A stretch of 64,000 bases of DNA, from assembly GCA_965261005.1 (NCBI GenBank), contig OZ253375.1, positions 768,001-832,000 of the forward strand. The letters are read 5' to 3'. Below, piece by piece: positions 10,511 through 20,112 of the stretch. Every line of letters begins with the position of its first letter. The first letter of the stretch is position 1. The stretch is from Deinococcus sp. GTDB taxonomy: Bacteria; Deinococcota; Deinococci; Deinococcales; Deinococcaceae. The notes below the pieces were generated by a model, which was not told the DNA's origin, searched no databases, and saw nothing but the letters and a program-made list of their open reading frames with translations. A program made the position numbers and the translations under genes.

Positions 10511-10548
10511 CCCCCCACCCCGGCCCTCCCCCTCAAGGGGGGAGGGAG
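10511..10548. terminator. GC palindrome between convergent genes (REP-like or bidirectional terminator)
   Basis: CCCTCCCCCT-CAA-GGGGGGAGGG stem preceded by CCCCCACCCCGG. Confidence 0.55.
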
Positions 10549-10570
10549 AACGGCGCGAATCCTGGCCGCT

Positions 10571-11515
10571 TTACCCTGGGTTGTTCAGAAGCGCCGCCTC
10601 TTTCTCCGGCGTCAGGCCGAAGTCGTTCATGGGCCGCTCCGTTTCGCGCACCCAAGCCAGCAGGTCGCGCACGCTGTCGGGCAGGGGGCGGCGCGTCAGG
10701 CCCTGGCTGAGCGCCCGAGCGTCCGGGGCGCGCATGGCCCCCGCCCAGCCCTCGCCGGCCAGCGGCAGCGCGACGCCTTGGGCCTCCATGGCCGCGTCGC
10801 CCCGCCACACGACCTCGGCGGCGCGGCCCCCCGCCTTCCGCACGGCGCCCAGCACCTCGCCCCAGGTCAGGTGTTCGCCCACCGCGTTGAAGGTGCCCGG
10901 CACGTCCCGCTCCACCAAGCGCACCACGAAGGCGGCCAGGTCGCGCGTGTCAATCACCTGAAACGGCCTTTCCGGCGAGCCGATCATGGGAAACGTCTCC
11001 TTGTCGGCGAGGTTCCTGGCCCAAAAGGTGAAGCGGTCGGTGTGGTCATGTGGCCCCACGACCAGGCCGGGCCGCACAACAGTTGATCGGTCGCCGTAGA
11101 CTTCGCGCACCACCCCCTCGCAGAGCACCTTGAGGCCGCCGTAGGTCTCCCCCGTCACGGTTTCCACGCCGGGATCGGCGAGTTGGGCGAGCGGCGCGTC
11201 CTCGTCCTGGCCGTCCGCGTACACCGAGATGGTCGAGATAAAGAGGTAACGCTTCACCGCCCCGACCAACAACTCGGCGCTGTGCCGGACCACGCGCGGC
11301 AGGTAGCCCGACACGTCAATCGCGGCGTCCCAAGTGCGACCCTTCAGCGCGCCGAGGTCGCCGTCACGGTCGCCGCGCAGCCGCTCGACCACGCGCGGCA
11401 AATCGTCCCCGCGCTGCCCGCGCGTGAAGACGCTGACCAGGTGGCCGCGCGCCACGGCCTCCAGCACGATGGCCCGGCCGACGAACTGCGTTCCGCCCAA
11501 CACCAGAAGGTTCAT
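10571..11515 (-). CDS. NAD-dependent epimerase/dehydratase
   Basis: LVLGGTQFVG, ISTISVY and YGGLK motifs. Confidence 0.88.
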   Translation of the reverse strand: MNLLVLGGTQFVGRAIVLEAVARGHLVSVFTRGQRGDDLPRVVERLRGDRDGDLGALKGRTWDAAIDVSGYLPRVVRHSAELLVGAVKRYLFISTISVYADGQDEDAPLAQLADPGVETVTGETYGGLKVLCEGVVREVYGDRSTVVRPGLVVGPHDHTDRFTFWARNLADKETFPMIGSPERPFQVIDTRDLAAFVVRLVERDVPGTFNAVGEHLTWGEVLGAVRKAGGRAAEVVWRGDAAMEAQGVALPLAGEGWAGAMRAPDARALSQGLTRRPLPDSVRDLLAWVRETERPMNDFGLTPEKEAALLNNPG

Positions 11516-11536
11516 GGACGCATTTGACCACACCCC

Positions 11537-12187
11537 TCAAACGAAGCCCAGAAAAGTCCCCAACCGCGCGTCCTCGAAGTCGGGCACGACCAGCGCCGCG
11601 CCGGCCTCCACAAGCGCCCCGGCGGGATGGCCGGTCGTGAGGCCCACCGTCCGGATGCCCGCCGCCACCGCCGAGCGCACGCCCGAGGGCGAGTCCTCGA
11701 AGGCGACCGCCTCGTCCGCCCCCACCTTCAGCAGGCGCAGCGCCTCTTGGTAAGGGTCCGGCCAAGGCTTGCCGCGCGGCAGGTGCCCCGCCAGCACCAC
11801 CCGCGCGAAGTGCGCCCGAATGCCCAGCGCCTCCAGCACAAAGGCGGCGTTCTCGCCGGGCGCGTTGGTGACCAGGGCCAAGGGTACCCCCCGCCGGGCG
11901 GCCTCCTCAAGCAGTGGCAGGGCGCCCGCGATGGGCGGCAAGTGCAGCGCCGCCTCGCGAAAGGCGGCCTCCTTGGCGTCCACGAACAGGGCGCCCTCCG
12001 CCTCGCTCAGCTGTGGCAGCACGTCGCGCACGATGTCGGGGTTCAGCCGCCCGCTGACGCGCTCGCGGTAAAACGCCTCGTCAATTGGCAGGCCGTGGTC
12101 CGCCAAGGCGCGCTGCCACGCCAGGAAGTGGAGGGGATCGGTGTCGGCCAGGGTGCCGTCGAGGTCGAACAGAAGGGCGCGCAACAT
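11537..12187 (-). CDS. HAD-IA family phosphatase
   Basis: FDLDGTLADT, GKPWPDPY and FEDSPSG motifs. Confidence 0.9.
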   Translation of the reverse strand: MLRALLFDLDGTLADTDPLHFLAWQRALADHGLPIDEAFYRERVSGRLNPDIVRDVLPQLSEAEGALFVDAKEAAFREAALHLPPIAGALPLLEEAARRGVPLALVTNAPGENAAFVLEALGIRAHFARVVLAGHLPRGKPWPDPYQEALRLLKVGADEAVAFEDSPSGVRSAVAAGIRTVGLTTGHPAGALVEAGAALVVPDFEDARLGTFLGFV

Positions 12188-12214
12188 GAGGGCAGCATAC
12201 GGGTTACGGGTTGG

Positions 12215-12778
12215 CTACAGCTCGCCCCCGTAGCGGCCCAGCAGTACGCCGGCCACGAACACCAAGGCGCCCCCCAGAATGACCTGCACGATGGTTCGCC
12301 CGAGGGGCGTCCCCATGTAGCGGAAGCGGATGTAGGCGATGGCCAGCAACTCGACCACCACGACGGCGTAGGCGAGGTAGAGGGCCGTCTGCAAGTTGGA
12401 AAGCAAAAAGGGCAGGGTGTGCAGCATGCCGCCCAGCAGGGTCGCGAGGCCGGTGATGGCGCCGCGCAGGTAAGGGTGGCCGCGCCCGCTCACCACGCCG
12501 TCGTCGGAAAGCGCCTCCGCCAGGCCCATGCTGATGCCCGCGCCTACCGAGGCGGCCAGACCCACCACAAAGGCCGTCATGGGCTTGCCGGTCAGGGTGG
12601 CGGTCGCGAAGATGGGCGCCAGGGTCGAGACCGAGCCGTCCATCAGGCCCAGCAAGGCGGGCTGCACGACTTGCAGCACGAAGCGCTGCTCGTCGGTGTG
12701 CGGCCGGAGGTCCGTTTGAGGCAGCGTCAATTGGTCCGTTTCGGGCGGGTTGGTGTTGACCGGGTCCGGCGGCGTCAT
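12215..12778 (-). CDS. VIT1/CCC1 family metal transporter (like the MbfA C-terminal domain)
   Basis: [21 protein letters not shown] and [13 protein letters not shown]; multiple TM helices. Confidence 0.85.
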   Translation of the reverse strand: MTPPDPVNTNPPETDQLTLPQTDLRPHTDEQRFVLQVVQPALLGLMDGSVSTLAPIFATATLTGKPMTAFVVGLAASVGAGISMGLAEALSDDGVVSGRGHPYLRGAITGLATLLGGMLHTLPFLLSNLQTALYLAYAVVVVELLAIAYIRFRYMGTPLGRTIVQVILGGALVFVAGVLLGRYGGEL

Positions 12779-12790
12779 GCCGCAGCTTAA

Positions 12791-12805
12791 CAGGAATGAT
12801 TCTCA
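12791..12805 (-). promoter_or_regulatory. Fur-family-like box upstream of the VIT1/CCC1 gene
   Basis: TGAGAAT-C-ATTCCTG immediately 5' of a TAAGCT -10 hexamer. Confidence 0.45.
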
Positions 12806-12987
12806 ACAAGTAAAGTGGGAAGCGGTTGCCCTGTTGCCCTTCCAAGAGGTCGGACAGGCGGAATGAGGCCGGCGCAGAAGTGTCCTGCTTCTCGGTCTGC
12901 TGCGCCCTGCGCCGGTACTCCATCATCGCCGCGCTTCCTGAACACAGGGGACTCGATTCACCAGTGCCCGTGAACGAGGTCCATCTG

Positions 12988-14205
12988 TTATTCGGCCGCA
13001 AAGCGCAACGTGAACAGCGCCCCGCCCTCGGCATGGTTGCCCGCCTCGATGTGCCCGCCCTGCGCCTCGACGAGCGCGCGTGCGATGGACAGGCCCAAAC
13101 CTGACCCAGCCCGCTCCAGTCCGGCCCGGCCCGCCGCGTCCCGACCGCGCGCGGCGTCGGCGCGGTAAAAGCGCTCGAAGGCTTTTGAGAGCGCCTCGGC
13201 GCTGAGGCCGGGGCCGTGGTCGCGGACCCACAGCGTCACCTCCTCGCCCAAGCCTGCCGCCGCGCCCAGCTCGATGTCGCCGCCGGCGTAGGCGAGGGCG
13301 TTGTCGAGCAGGTTGTGCAGCACCTGAATCAGGCGGTCGGGATCGGCCACGAGGGGGAGGGATGACGCGGGAAGCGTCAGGTGCAGGCGCGCCCCGGCCC
13401 GCTCGGCGCGCGGGCGGTAGTTCTCGGCCACGCCGCGCAGAATCTCGTTCAGGTCGAGCTTGACAGGGTGCAGCGACAGCGCGCCGCCCTCGGCCAAAGA
13501 TAAGGTCCGCAGGTCGTCCACCAGGCGGGCCAGCAGCAGCACCTCGCCGTGCAGCCGCGACAAGCCGCCCTCATCCGGGGCGCTGAGGCCGTCCTGCATC
13601 GCCTCGATCTCGGCGCGCATGACCGCCAGGGGGGTGCGCAAATCGTGGGCCACGTCGGCGACCAGGGCGCGGCGCCAAGCTTCCTGACGCTCCAAGCTTT
13701 CCACGAAGCTGTTAAAGGTCAGGGTCAAATCGCGCAGCTCATCGTCGCGCGGCGGCACGGGCAAACGGACGCCGCGCTCGCCGCGCTCCAAGAGGCGCGC
13801 CCCGTCTGCGAGGCGCACCAGGGGCCGGGTCAATTGGCGGGTCACGAAGGCGGCGACCAGGGCCGCCAGCAAGGCCGACAGGCCCGCCGACAGCGCGGCC
13901 CCGCGCAGAATGGCGCGGCCCCCCTCGCGCGCCGCGTTGCGAAAGGCCTCACGGGTGGACTCGTCCAGGCTTTGCCACCACGCCGCCCCGGCCTCGCCGC
14001 CGAGGGGTCCCGTCAACGGCGACCCGGCCGGCGAGGTCACCTGACCCAGGACCTGAAAGGCGCTCGACACCGTGATCCACGAGGTAAACAGCACCGCCAG
14101 CAGCGCCACCAGGGCGAAGCTGCGCGTCAGCCGCGCGCGCAAGCCCGAGCGGCGCCGTCTTGTGTAAACACGGCGCCTGTCCCGCCAACGGGCACGCCGG
14201 CTCAT
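12988..14205 (-). CDS. HAMP sensor histidine kinase (BaeS-like)
   Basis: Two TM helices, HAMP, AHDLRTPL, NLLDNA and GSGLGLSI. Confidence 0.92.
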   Translation of the reverse strand: MSRRARWRDRRRVYTRRRRSGLRARLTRSFALVALLAVLFTSWITVSSAFQVLGQVTSPAGSPLTGPLGGEAGAAWWQSLDESTREAFRNAAREGGRAILRGAALSAGLSALLAALVAAFVTRQLTRPLVRLADGARLLERGERGVRLPVPPRDDELRDLTLTFNSFVESLERQEAWRRALVADVAHDLRTPLAVMRAEIEAMQDGLSAPDEGGLSRLHGEVLLLARLVDDLRTLSLAEGGALSLHPVKLDLNEILRGVAENYRPRAERAGARLHLTLPASSLPLVADPDRLIQVLHNLLDNALAYAGGDIELGAAAGLGEEVTLWVRDHGPGLSAEALSKAFERFYRADAARGRDAAGRAGLERAGSGLGLSIARALVEAQGGHIEAGNHAEGGALFTLRFAAE

Positions 14206-14873
14206 CCCCGCAGCCTGTAGCCCACGCCGCGCACCGTTTCCAGGTTCGCGCCGCACGCGCCCAGCTTGCGGCGCACATTCTTGACGTGGGCGTCCACAGT
14301 GCGCTCGTCGGTGCCGCGCGTGAGGCCGCCGAGGGCCGAGAGCAATTCACTGCGCCCGCGCACCTGGCCGGGAGCACGCGCCAAGGCGGAGAGCAGGCGC
14401 AGTTCGCCGGCCGTCAGATCGAGCAGTTCGCCGCCGCAGCGCGCCTCGAAGGCGGCGAGGTCGAGTTCAAGTTCCCCTACCCGCAGCAAACCGGGAACGC
14501 TGGGCTGGCCCTGCGCGCGCCGCAGCACCGCCTTCACGCGCGCCACCACCTCGCGCGGGCTGTAGGGCTTGACCACGTAGTCGTCGGCGCCAATGCCGAG
14601 GCCCACCAAGCGGTCCACCTCCTCGTCGCGGGCGGTCAGCATGATGATGGGCAAGTCCGACTCCGCGCGCACGCGCCGCGCCACCTCGATGCCGTCCAGG
14701 CCCGGCAGCATCAAGTCGAGCAGCATCAAGCTGGGCCGGGCCGCGCGCCACAGCTCCAAAGCGCGCGGCCCGGTCGCGGCGCGCTCGGTGTGATAGCCCT
14801 CGCGCCGCAAATACTGCTCTAAAATGTCCGCCAGGCGCGGCTCGTCCTCGACGATCAGAATGGTCTCGGCCAT
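14202..14873 (-). CDS. OmpR/BaeR-family response regulator
   Basis: ILIVEDE, LLDLMLP, GADDYVVKP and winged-helix TVRGVGY. Confidence 0.93.
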   Translation of the reverse strand: MAETILIVEDEPRLADILEQYLRREGYHTERAATGPRALELWRAARPSLMLLDLMLPGLDGIEVARRVRAESDLPIIMLTARDEEVDRLVGLGIGADDYVVKPYSPREVVARVKAVLRRAQGQPSVPGLLRVGELELDLAAFEARCGGELLDLTAGELRLLSALARAPGQVRGRSELLSALGGLTRGTDERTVDAHVKNVRRKLGACGANLETVRGVGYRLRG

Positions 14874-14939
14874 AGGGGGATGGTAGAGCGCGAGAAGGTG
14901 GAGCGTGGATTTTTCGTCCACGCTCCACCTCCCACACGC

Positions 14940-15371
14940 TTACTCCAGCGCCTTTTTCAGCGTCTCGAACTCCGAGGCCGTGATTTCGCCCTTTGCCAGG
15001 CGCTCACGGGCCAGGTCCATCGCGCGGTCGCCGAAGAACTTGTCCTTGCCGCGCCGCAGGTCGTCGAACACCGAGCCATTGTCTTCCTGCTCCTCTGGAC
15101 CCTGCCCCTGCGCCCCGCCGGAGGTCCTTGCCATGCGGCGCCACTGCTGAAAACGCCGGCGACGGCCATTGCGGAAGAACAGAAAGCCGCCGACGATCAG
15201 CAGCAGCGGCAACAAAAAGCCGGGGCCGCCGTGGTCGCGCCCGTAACCGGGGCCGTAGCCTTGGGGATACGGCGGGGCGGCGTAGCCCTGGAAGTACTGT
15301 GGGGCCGGGGCCGGCGCGTAGCTTTGTGCGGGGGCCGCGCTGGCGGCGGGGTTGTTGATGATGACGTCCAT
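14940..15371 (-). CDS. Membrane protein with C-terminal SHOCT domain
   Basis: P/G/Y-rich N-terminus, one TM helix, ARERLAKGEITASEFETLK; GGAG RBS. Confidence 0.75.
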   Translation of the reverse strand: MDVIINNPAASAAPAQSYAPAPAPQYFQGYAAPPYPQGYGPGYGRDHGGPGFLLPLLLIVGGFLFFRNGRRRRFQQWRRMARTSGGAQGQGPEEQEDNGSVFDDLRRGKDKFFGDRAMDLARERLAKGEITASEFETLKKALE

Positions 15372-15430
15372 TGTTGTCTCCTGGGCGGGAAGGAATCCAC
15401 TTCCTCGCCCAAGAGAGGCTAGGTCCGGGC

Positions 15431-15474
15431 GGGTGAAGGCCGGGGGGAGGCCGTGTGAAGCGGACGTGAACGCC
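15431..15474. promoter_or_regulatory. Four 11-bp-phased direct repeats, candidate OmpR-family site
   Basis: GGGTGAAGGCC/GGGGGGAGGCC/GTGTGAAGCGG/ACGTGAACGCC upstream of the SHOCT-RR-HK operon. Confidence 0.5.
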
Positions 15475-15496
15475 CTGTTGCTCTAAGCTGCCCCGC

Positions 15497-16867
15497 ATGG
15501 CCCGCGTCTCCCCTGCCCCAACGGGCGGCGTGTTCACCCCGGAGCGCCGCAGCCTGAGCATTGGCCTGCTGCTGACGGTGCTGCTAATCGCCTTCGAGTC
15601 GCTGGGTGTAGCCACCGTGTTGCCGCTGGCGGTGCCGGAGCTGGGCGGCCTGCCCCTCTACGGCTGGGCCTTCAGCGCCTTTTTCATGGGTTACCTGCTG
15701 TCCACCGTGGCGCTGGGCAGCTTGGCCGACGGGCGGGGGCCTGACCTGCCCTTCGCGCTCGCCCTCGCGCTGTTCGCGCTGGGCCTCTTTGTGGCCGGCT
15801 CGGCGCCCAGCATGCCGGTCTTGATCTTCGGACGCGCGCTTCAGGGGCTGGGCGGCGGCGGCCTGATCGCGGTGGCGTACTTCGCCATCAACCGCGCCTA
15901 TCCGGACGCTTTGCGCGCCCGCATGCTGGCCCTCTTGTCGAGCGCCTGGGTGCTGCCCGCCTTGGTGGGACCCCTCATCGCGGGCTGGGTCGCCACGCAC
16001 TTTTCTTGGCGGGCCATCTTCCTGGGCTTGCTCCCGCTCTTGCTACCCGTGGCGCTGTTGGCGCTGGCCGGCTTGCGCGGCCTCAAGCTGCCGGGAGGGG
16101 CGCCGATGAACTTCGGGCGGCTGGGCGCGGCCCTCGCCCTCGCCGTGGGCGCGACGCTGGCCCTGGCCGCCTTGCAACAAAGCGCCCCCTGGTGGGGCGC
16201 CTCGCTGGGCCTGGGTGGGCTGGCTTTGGGCGTACCCGCGCTGGCCCGCCTCTTCCCCCCTGACACTTGGCGCCTCGCCTCGCCGCTGGCGGCCGGCTAC
16301 GCCACGCGCTTCGTGCTCACCTTTGCGTTCTTCGGCGGGGAGGCCTTCGTGCCGCTCAGCCTGACCCGCCTGCACGGCTACGGCGCGGTCGCGGCGGGCC
16401 TGACCCTGACCGCCAGCGCCCTCGCCTGGTCGGGCACCTCGATTCTACACGCGCGCTTCGACGAGCGCACGGCGGGAAGATGGCGCGCAGGCGTCGTGCG
16501 CCTCGGCAGCGGCGTCGTGACGCTGGCGCTGGCCCTCAGCGGTTTCGCCCTGCTGGGTTCGTGGCTTCCTACCTGGACGGTCGGCCTCACCTGGGCGCTG
16601 GGTGGCGTGGGCATGGGCCTGGCGTTTCAGGCGCACACCCTGGTCGTGTTCGCCCACGCGCCGGCGGGGCAGGAGGGCGAGGTGTCGGGCAACATCCAAC
16701 TGGCCGACGTGCTGGGCGCCGCCCTCGGGGCCGGCATCGGCGGCGCCCTCGTCGCGGGGCTGGGATTGCGCCCAGGCGTGGCGTGGCTGTTCGTCCTGGT
16801 AACGGCCGTGATGGCGCTGGGACTCTTCACGGCGGGGCGGCTCAGGTCAGCTCCCCAGAACGCTTAG
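15497..16867 (+). CDS. MFS transporter (drug-efflux-like, about 14 TM)
   Basis: GSLADGRG and GRALQGLGGG motifs; hydrophobic helices. Confidence 0.88.
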   Translation: MARVSPAPTGGVFTPERRSLSIGLLLTVLLIAFESLGVATVLPLAVPELGGLPLYGWAFSAFFMGYLLSTVALGSLADGRGPDLPFALALALFALGLFVAGSAPSMPVLIFGRALQGLGGGGLIAVAYFAINRAYPDALRARMLALLSSAWVLPALVGPLIAGWVATHFSWRAIFLGLLPLLLPVALLALAGLRGLKLPGGAPMNFGRLGAALALAVGATLALAALQQSAPWWGASLGLGGLALGVPALARLFPPDTWRLASPLAAGYATRFVLTFAFFGGEAFVPLSLTRLHGYGAVAAGLTLTASALAWSGTSILHARFDERTAGRWRAGVVRLGSGVVTLALALSGFALLGSWLPTWTVGLTWALGGVGMGLAFQAHTLVVFAHAPAGQEGEVSGNIQLADVLGAALGAGIGGALVAGLGLRPGVAWLFVLVTAVMALGLFTAGRLRSAPQNA

Positions 16868-18013
16868 CTTCTCCGGCTCCGGCAACCGGTAGGCCAGCCA
16901 CACGCTCGGCAGCAGCAACGAGATGACCGCGAGGGCGGCCACGGTCGGCGAGGTGTGGTCGGCCAGCAAGCCCACCAGGAACAGCAGCAGCCCGGCGACG
17001 CCCCACGAGAAGCCCATCATGATCGAGCTGGCGACGGCGACGTGCTGCGGGGCGTACTCCTGCGCGGTCACCACGCCCACCGGAATCGAGGCGTTGACAA
17101 AGGCGCCCACCGCGAAGATCAGCGGGTAGTACCAAAGCTGGCGCGGCTCGGAGAAAACCAGCAGCACAAAGAGGGGCAGCGTGCCCAGAATGCTCGACTT
17201 CAGGACCGGCACCCGCCCGCGCGTGTCCGAAATGCGCCCGCCCACAATGCCCCCCAGGGCCGAGGCGACGCTGTAGGTCGCCAGCGAGGCCGCGATCTGG
17301 ACGTAGCCGTAGCCGCGCGCCACCAGAATAAAGGGCAGCATGGTGTTAAAGCCGCTCGACGCCAGCGAACGCAGCACCGCCATGCCCCACAGCGTCACCA
17401 GCGGACCGCGAAAGATGGCGGCGTACTCGCGCAGCGTGGGGCGGCGCCCGCCCGCCTGCGGCTCGCCCGGCGTCACCAGATAGGTGCCCAGCGCGACCGC
17501 TAGGCCGATGGGGGCGAACACCGGCAGCCGCTCCAACCCCACGCCGGCGAAGATGGGTCCCAAGGCCATGCCAGCCGTGCCGCCCGCGCTGAACAAGCTG
17601 GCCCACAGCCCGCGCTTGTCGGGCGGGCTGTAGCGCGCGACGTAGGCCGCCCCCGCCGGGTGAAACAGGCCGCTGCCCAGGCCCGCCACCGCCACCAGCA
17701 GGATCAGCACCCCGAAGCCGGGCGCGTAGCCCATCAAGCTGAGGCCGATCCCCGTGGCCGCCGGCCCGAAGGCGGCCATCAGGCGGCGGTCCAGGCGCTC
17801 GCCCAGAATGCCCAAGAGAGGCTGCAACACGCTGGAGGTCAGCGACAGCACCGAGGCCAGCAAGGTCACGGCGGCGATGCTGCTGCCGAAGTGCTCCTGA
17901 ATCCGGGGGCCAAGGGGCGAGAGCATGGCCGAGTAGCCGTCGTTGATCAGGTGGCCCAACGTGACGGCGACGGCGACAGTGGCGCCGGTGTTGGCGGCGG
18001 TGGCAACGCGCAT
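16847..18013 (-). CDS. MFS transporter (Fsr-like)
   Basis: HLINDGY, SGLFHPAG and GGRISDTRGR motifs. Confidence 0.88.
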   Translation of the reverse strand: MRVATAANTGATVAVAVTLGHLINDGYSAMLSPLGPRIQEHFGSSIAAVTLLASVLSLTSSVLQPLLGILGERLDRRLMAAFGPAATGIGLSLMGYAPGFGVLILLVAVAGLGSGLFHPAGAAYVARYSPPDKRGLWASLFSAGGTAGMALGPIFAGVGLERLPVFAPIGLAVALGTYLVTPGEPQAGGRRPTLREYAAIFRGPLVTLWGMAVLRSLASSGFNTMLPFILVARGYGYVQIAASLATYSVASALGGIVGGRISDTRGRVPVLKSSILGTLPLFVLLVFSEPRQLWYYPLIFAVGAFVNASIPVGVVTAQEYAPQHVAVASSIMMGFSWGVAGLLLFLVGLLADHTSPTVAALAVISLLLPSVWLAYRLPEPEKLSVLGS

Positions 18014-18066
18014 GAAGAGGACGCTAGCACGCGCGCCGGGGTGAGAAGGTGGCCGCGCGGCTCGGC

Positions 18067-18492
18067 TCAGATTGTGCTGGCGTCCACGACTGTGGGGTCA
18101 GACGCGGCCCGAACGAGGCCCCGATCGAAGGTCAGCAAACGGTCGGCGCGCTGCCCAGCGTGCGCGATCACCAGAAAGTCGGCCAACAGGCGGCGCGGGG
18201 TGGCCAGCTGTTTCCGTTTCTGAGCGAAGCGGCCGTAGCGCTGCCCCGCGCCCTGCCACAGCGGCTTGGGCCAAGCAGCCCAGTCCACCGTGATGCCGAG
18301 CTGCTTGAGGGCGTGGTCGAACTGAGTCTCATCAAACTCGGCGAGGGCGGCCATTTCGGCGTACACGACCGGGCCGATCAGTACCTCGCCGTCCTGTAAT
18401 GCCTGACGAATGACCGGCTTGGCCTTCGCTTGCGCGACCTCATCGCCAAAGAAGAAATAGGAGATGACGTTGGTGTCGAGGGCCGTCCTCAT
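18067..18492 (-). CDS. vapC: PIN-domain VapC toxin
   Basis: ALDTNVIS, VVYAE, LADFLVIAHA and LLTFDR motifs. Confidence 0.88.
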   Translation of the reverse strand: MRTALDTNVISYFFFGDEVAQAKAKPVIRQALQDGEVLIGPVVYAEMAALAEFDETQFDHALKQLGITVDWAAWPKPLWQGAGQRYGRFAQKRKQLATPRRLLADFLVIAHAGQRADRLLTFDRGLVRAASDPTVVDASTI

Positions 18493-18625
18493 ACGAATTC
18501 CGGAAACCCAGTCAACTTCGTTGACTGGGTTTCCAGCGGAGCGGACAGGAAAAGGATACGGGTTTCGCGGTTTGGAGCAACATCGGGCGTTTTTTCCGAT
18601 GTTGAGGAAATAAGCGGAATCCGTA
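18492..18625. mobile_element. 134-bp MITE-like structured repeat, copy 1
   Basis: Ends TACGAATTCCG...CGGAATCCGTA, flanked by TCA/TCA; 15-bp internal stem; homologous to 37598-37732. Confidence 0.8.
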
Positions 18626-18919
18626 TCACTCCTCGTCCTGTCCGGGCCATTCGCCGCGCTGGGAACGCAATTCCTGATTCAGTTGCGCCGCACTTTTACC
18701 TCCCTTTTTGGCGAATAGGCCCGCGAAGCGCTCCAGCGGGTCGCGTTCGCGCAGAGGACGTACCAAAACCCCTTCCTCGCGCTCCTCAAAGAAAACAAGG
18801 TCCTCAGGGTCGAGCCGGAACTTACGGCGAAATTGAACGGGCAACGTGACTTGACCCTTCGAACCGACTTTTGAGGTTGGAAATGCGGACTTGAGAATGC
18901 TCTTACTCATGGACGCCAT
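18626..18919 (-). CDS. AbrB/MazE-family antitoxin
   Basis: SKVGSKGQVTLPVQFRRKFRL...VFFEEREEGVLVRP. Confidence 0.85.
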   Translation of the reverse strand: MASMSKSILKSAFPTSKVGSKGQVTLPVQFRRKFRLDPEDLVFFEEREEGVLVRPLRERDPLERFAGLFAKKGGKSAAQLNQELRSQRGEWPGQDEE

Positions 18920-19019
18920 ACTAACAAAAGTCCTACCAAGGAGAGGGGTCCGCCGCCCACTTCTGTGAGAACAACCCGCTCACGGGCGGCGGCGCGAGCG
19001 GCTACACTGGACGTCTGTT

Positions 19020-19580
19020 ATGTCCATCCAACTGCAAGACCGCGTCGCACAGGTGCTGCCAAGCGAGCGCGACGTGATGAGCGTGCTGAACGGCTTAAGC
19101 GCCGGCATCTGGAGTGACGCCGCCATCACCTTGGTGCCCGCGCTGCCCGCCTTTGACGTGGTGCTGGCCCCCAGCGGCGTTGGGGAGGCTTTTGGGGAGC
19201 AGTTGGCGACCTTGGCGGAGGCCCCTTTGGCGCTGGCCCGGCGCACGCCGGCGAACCCGCCCAGCGCGCCGCAGCAGTGGCAATCGGAACATTGGGCCGT
19301 CGAGCGGCGCCCGCTGACGGGCAAGCGGCGCGCCCTGCTGGTTTCGGCGCTGCTGGAGGGCGGCGTGCCGGAACTCGAACTGGCAACGCTGGCCCGCCGG
19401 GCCGGCATCGAGGTGGTCGGGGTCGCCTGCGCCGTCGAGTTCAGCGCCCACGGCGCCCGCAGCCGGCTGTACATGCAGGCCATCAAGGTCTACGCGCTGC
19501 TGCAACTGGCGCACACGCCCGCCGGCCTTCAGTTCGAGCGGCGCGGCGCCGGCGGCGACGTGCTGATGCCGCTGCCGTAA
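19020..19580 (+). CDS. Phosphoribosyltransferase-like protein (degenerate PRPP motif)
   Basis: KRRALLVSALLEGG sits where VLIVDDxxxTG is expected, followed by AGIEVVGVACAVE. Confidence 0.6.
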   Translation: MSIQLQDRVAQVLPSERDVMSVLNGLSAGIWSDAAITLVPALPAFDVVLAPSGVGEAFGEQLATLAEAPLALARRTPANPPSAPQQWQSEHWAVERRPLTGKRRALLVSALLEGGVPELELATLARRAGIEVVGVACAVEFSAHGARSRLYMQAIKVYALLQLAHTPAGLQFERRGAGGDVLMPLP

Positions 19581-20110
19581 GCCCCAAGGTCGTAAGCCCC
19601 GAGATCGTAAGCCTTGAGGGCGCGTTCCTCCGCCGGCAGACGCACCAGCAGCAGCAGGGCGGCGTTCAGGGCGCCGAAGGCGGCGGCGGTCGCGGGCGCG
19701 CGCACGGCGAGGGGCGCGCTCAGCAGCTCAGCGGCGACCACCCAGTAGTTGGGGTGGCGCAGCCAGCGAAACGGCCCCGCCCGCACCCGCTCTCCGCCCG
19801 GCACGATCAGGATGCGGGTGTTCCAGGAGCGCCCCAAGCTGCGAATCACCCAAAGGCGCGCCGGTTGCATGCAGAGCCACAGCAGCAGCCACGGCCACGC
19901 CGCCGGGCCGCGCGCGCGGCGCCCCTCCAGGAAAAGCGAGACCATCCAGCCGCCGTGCAACAGAAAAAACAGCGGGTAGTGGCCGCGTCCGTGCTCCACG
20001 GCCCCCCTGGCGCGCGCCCAGCGTTCGTTGGCCCGCGCCAGGCGCAGTTCCAACAGGCGCTGAAGGGCGATGGCGAGCACCAGCCAGGGGGTCAGGGCGC
20101 GCGCCGACAC
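19529..20110 (-). CDS. Isoprenylcysteine carboxyl methyltransferase family (BpsB/SrsB-like)
   Basis: QRLLEL, LGRSWNTRI and GPFRWLRHPNY motifs; directly downstream of the type III PKS. Confidence 0.88.
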   Translation of the reverse strand: MSARALTPWLVLAIALQRLLELRLARANERWARARGAVEHGRGHYPLFFLLHGGWMVSLFLEGRRARGPAAWPWLLLWLCMQPARLWVIRSLGRSWNTRILIVPGGERVRAGPFRWLRHPNYWVVAAELLSAPLAVRAPATAAAFGALNAALLLLVRLPAEERALKAYDLGAYDLGAYGSGISTSPPAPRRSN

Positions 20111-20112
20111 CC

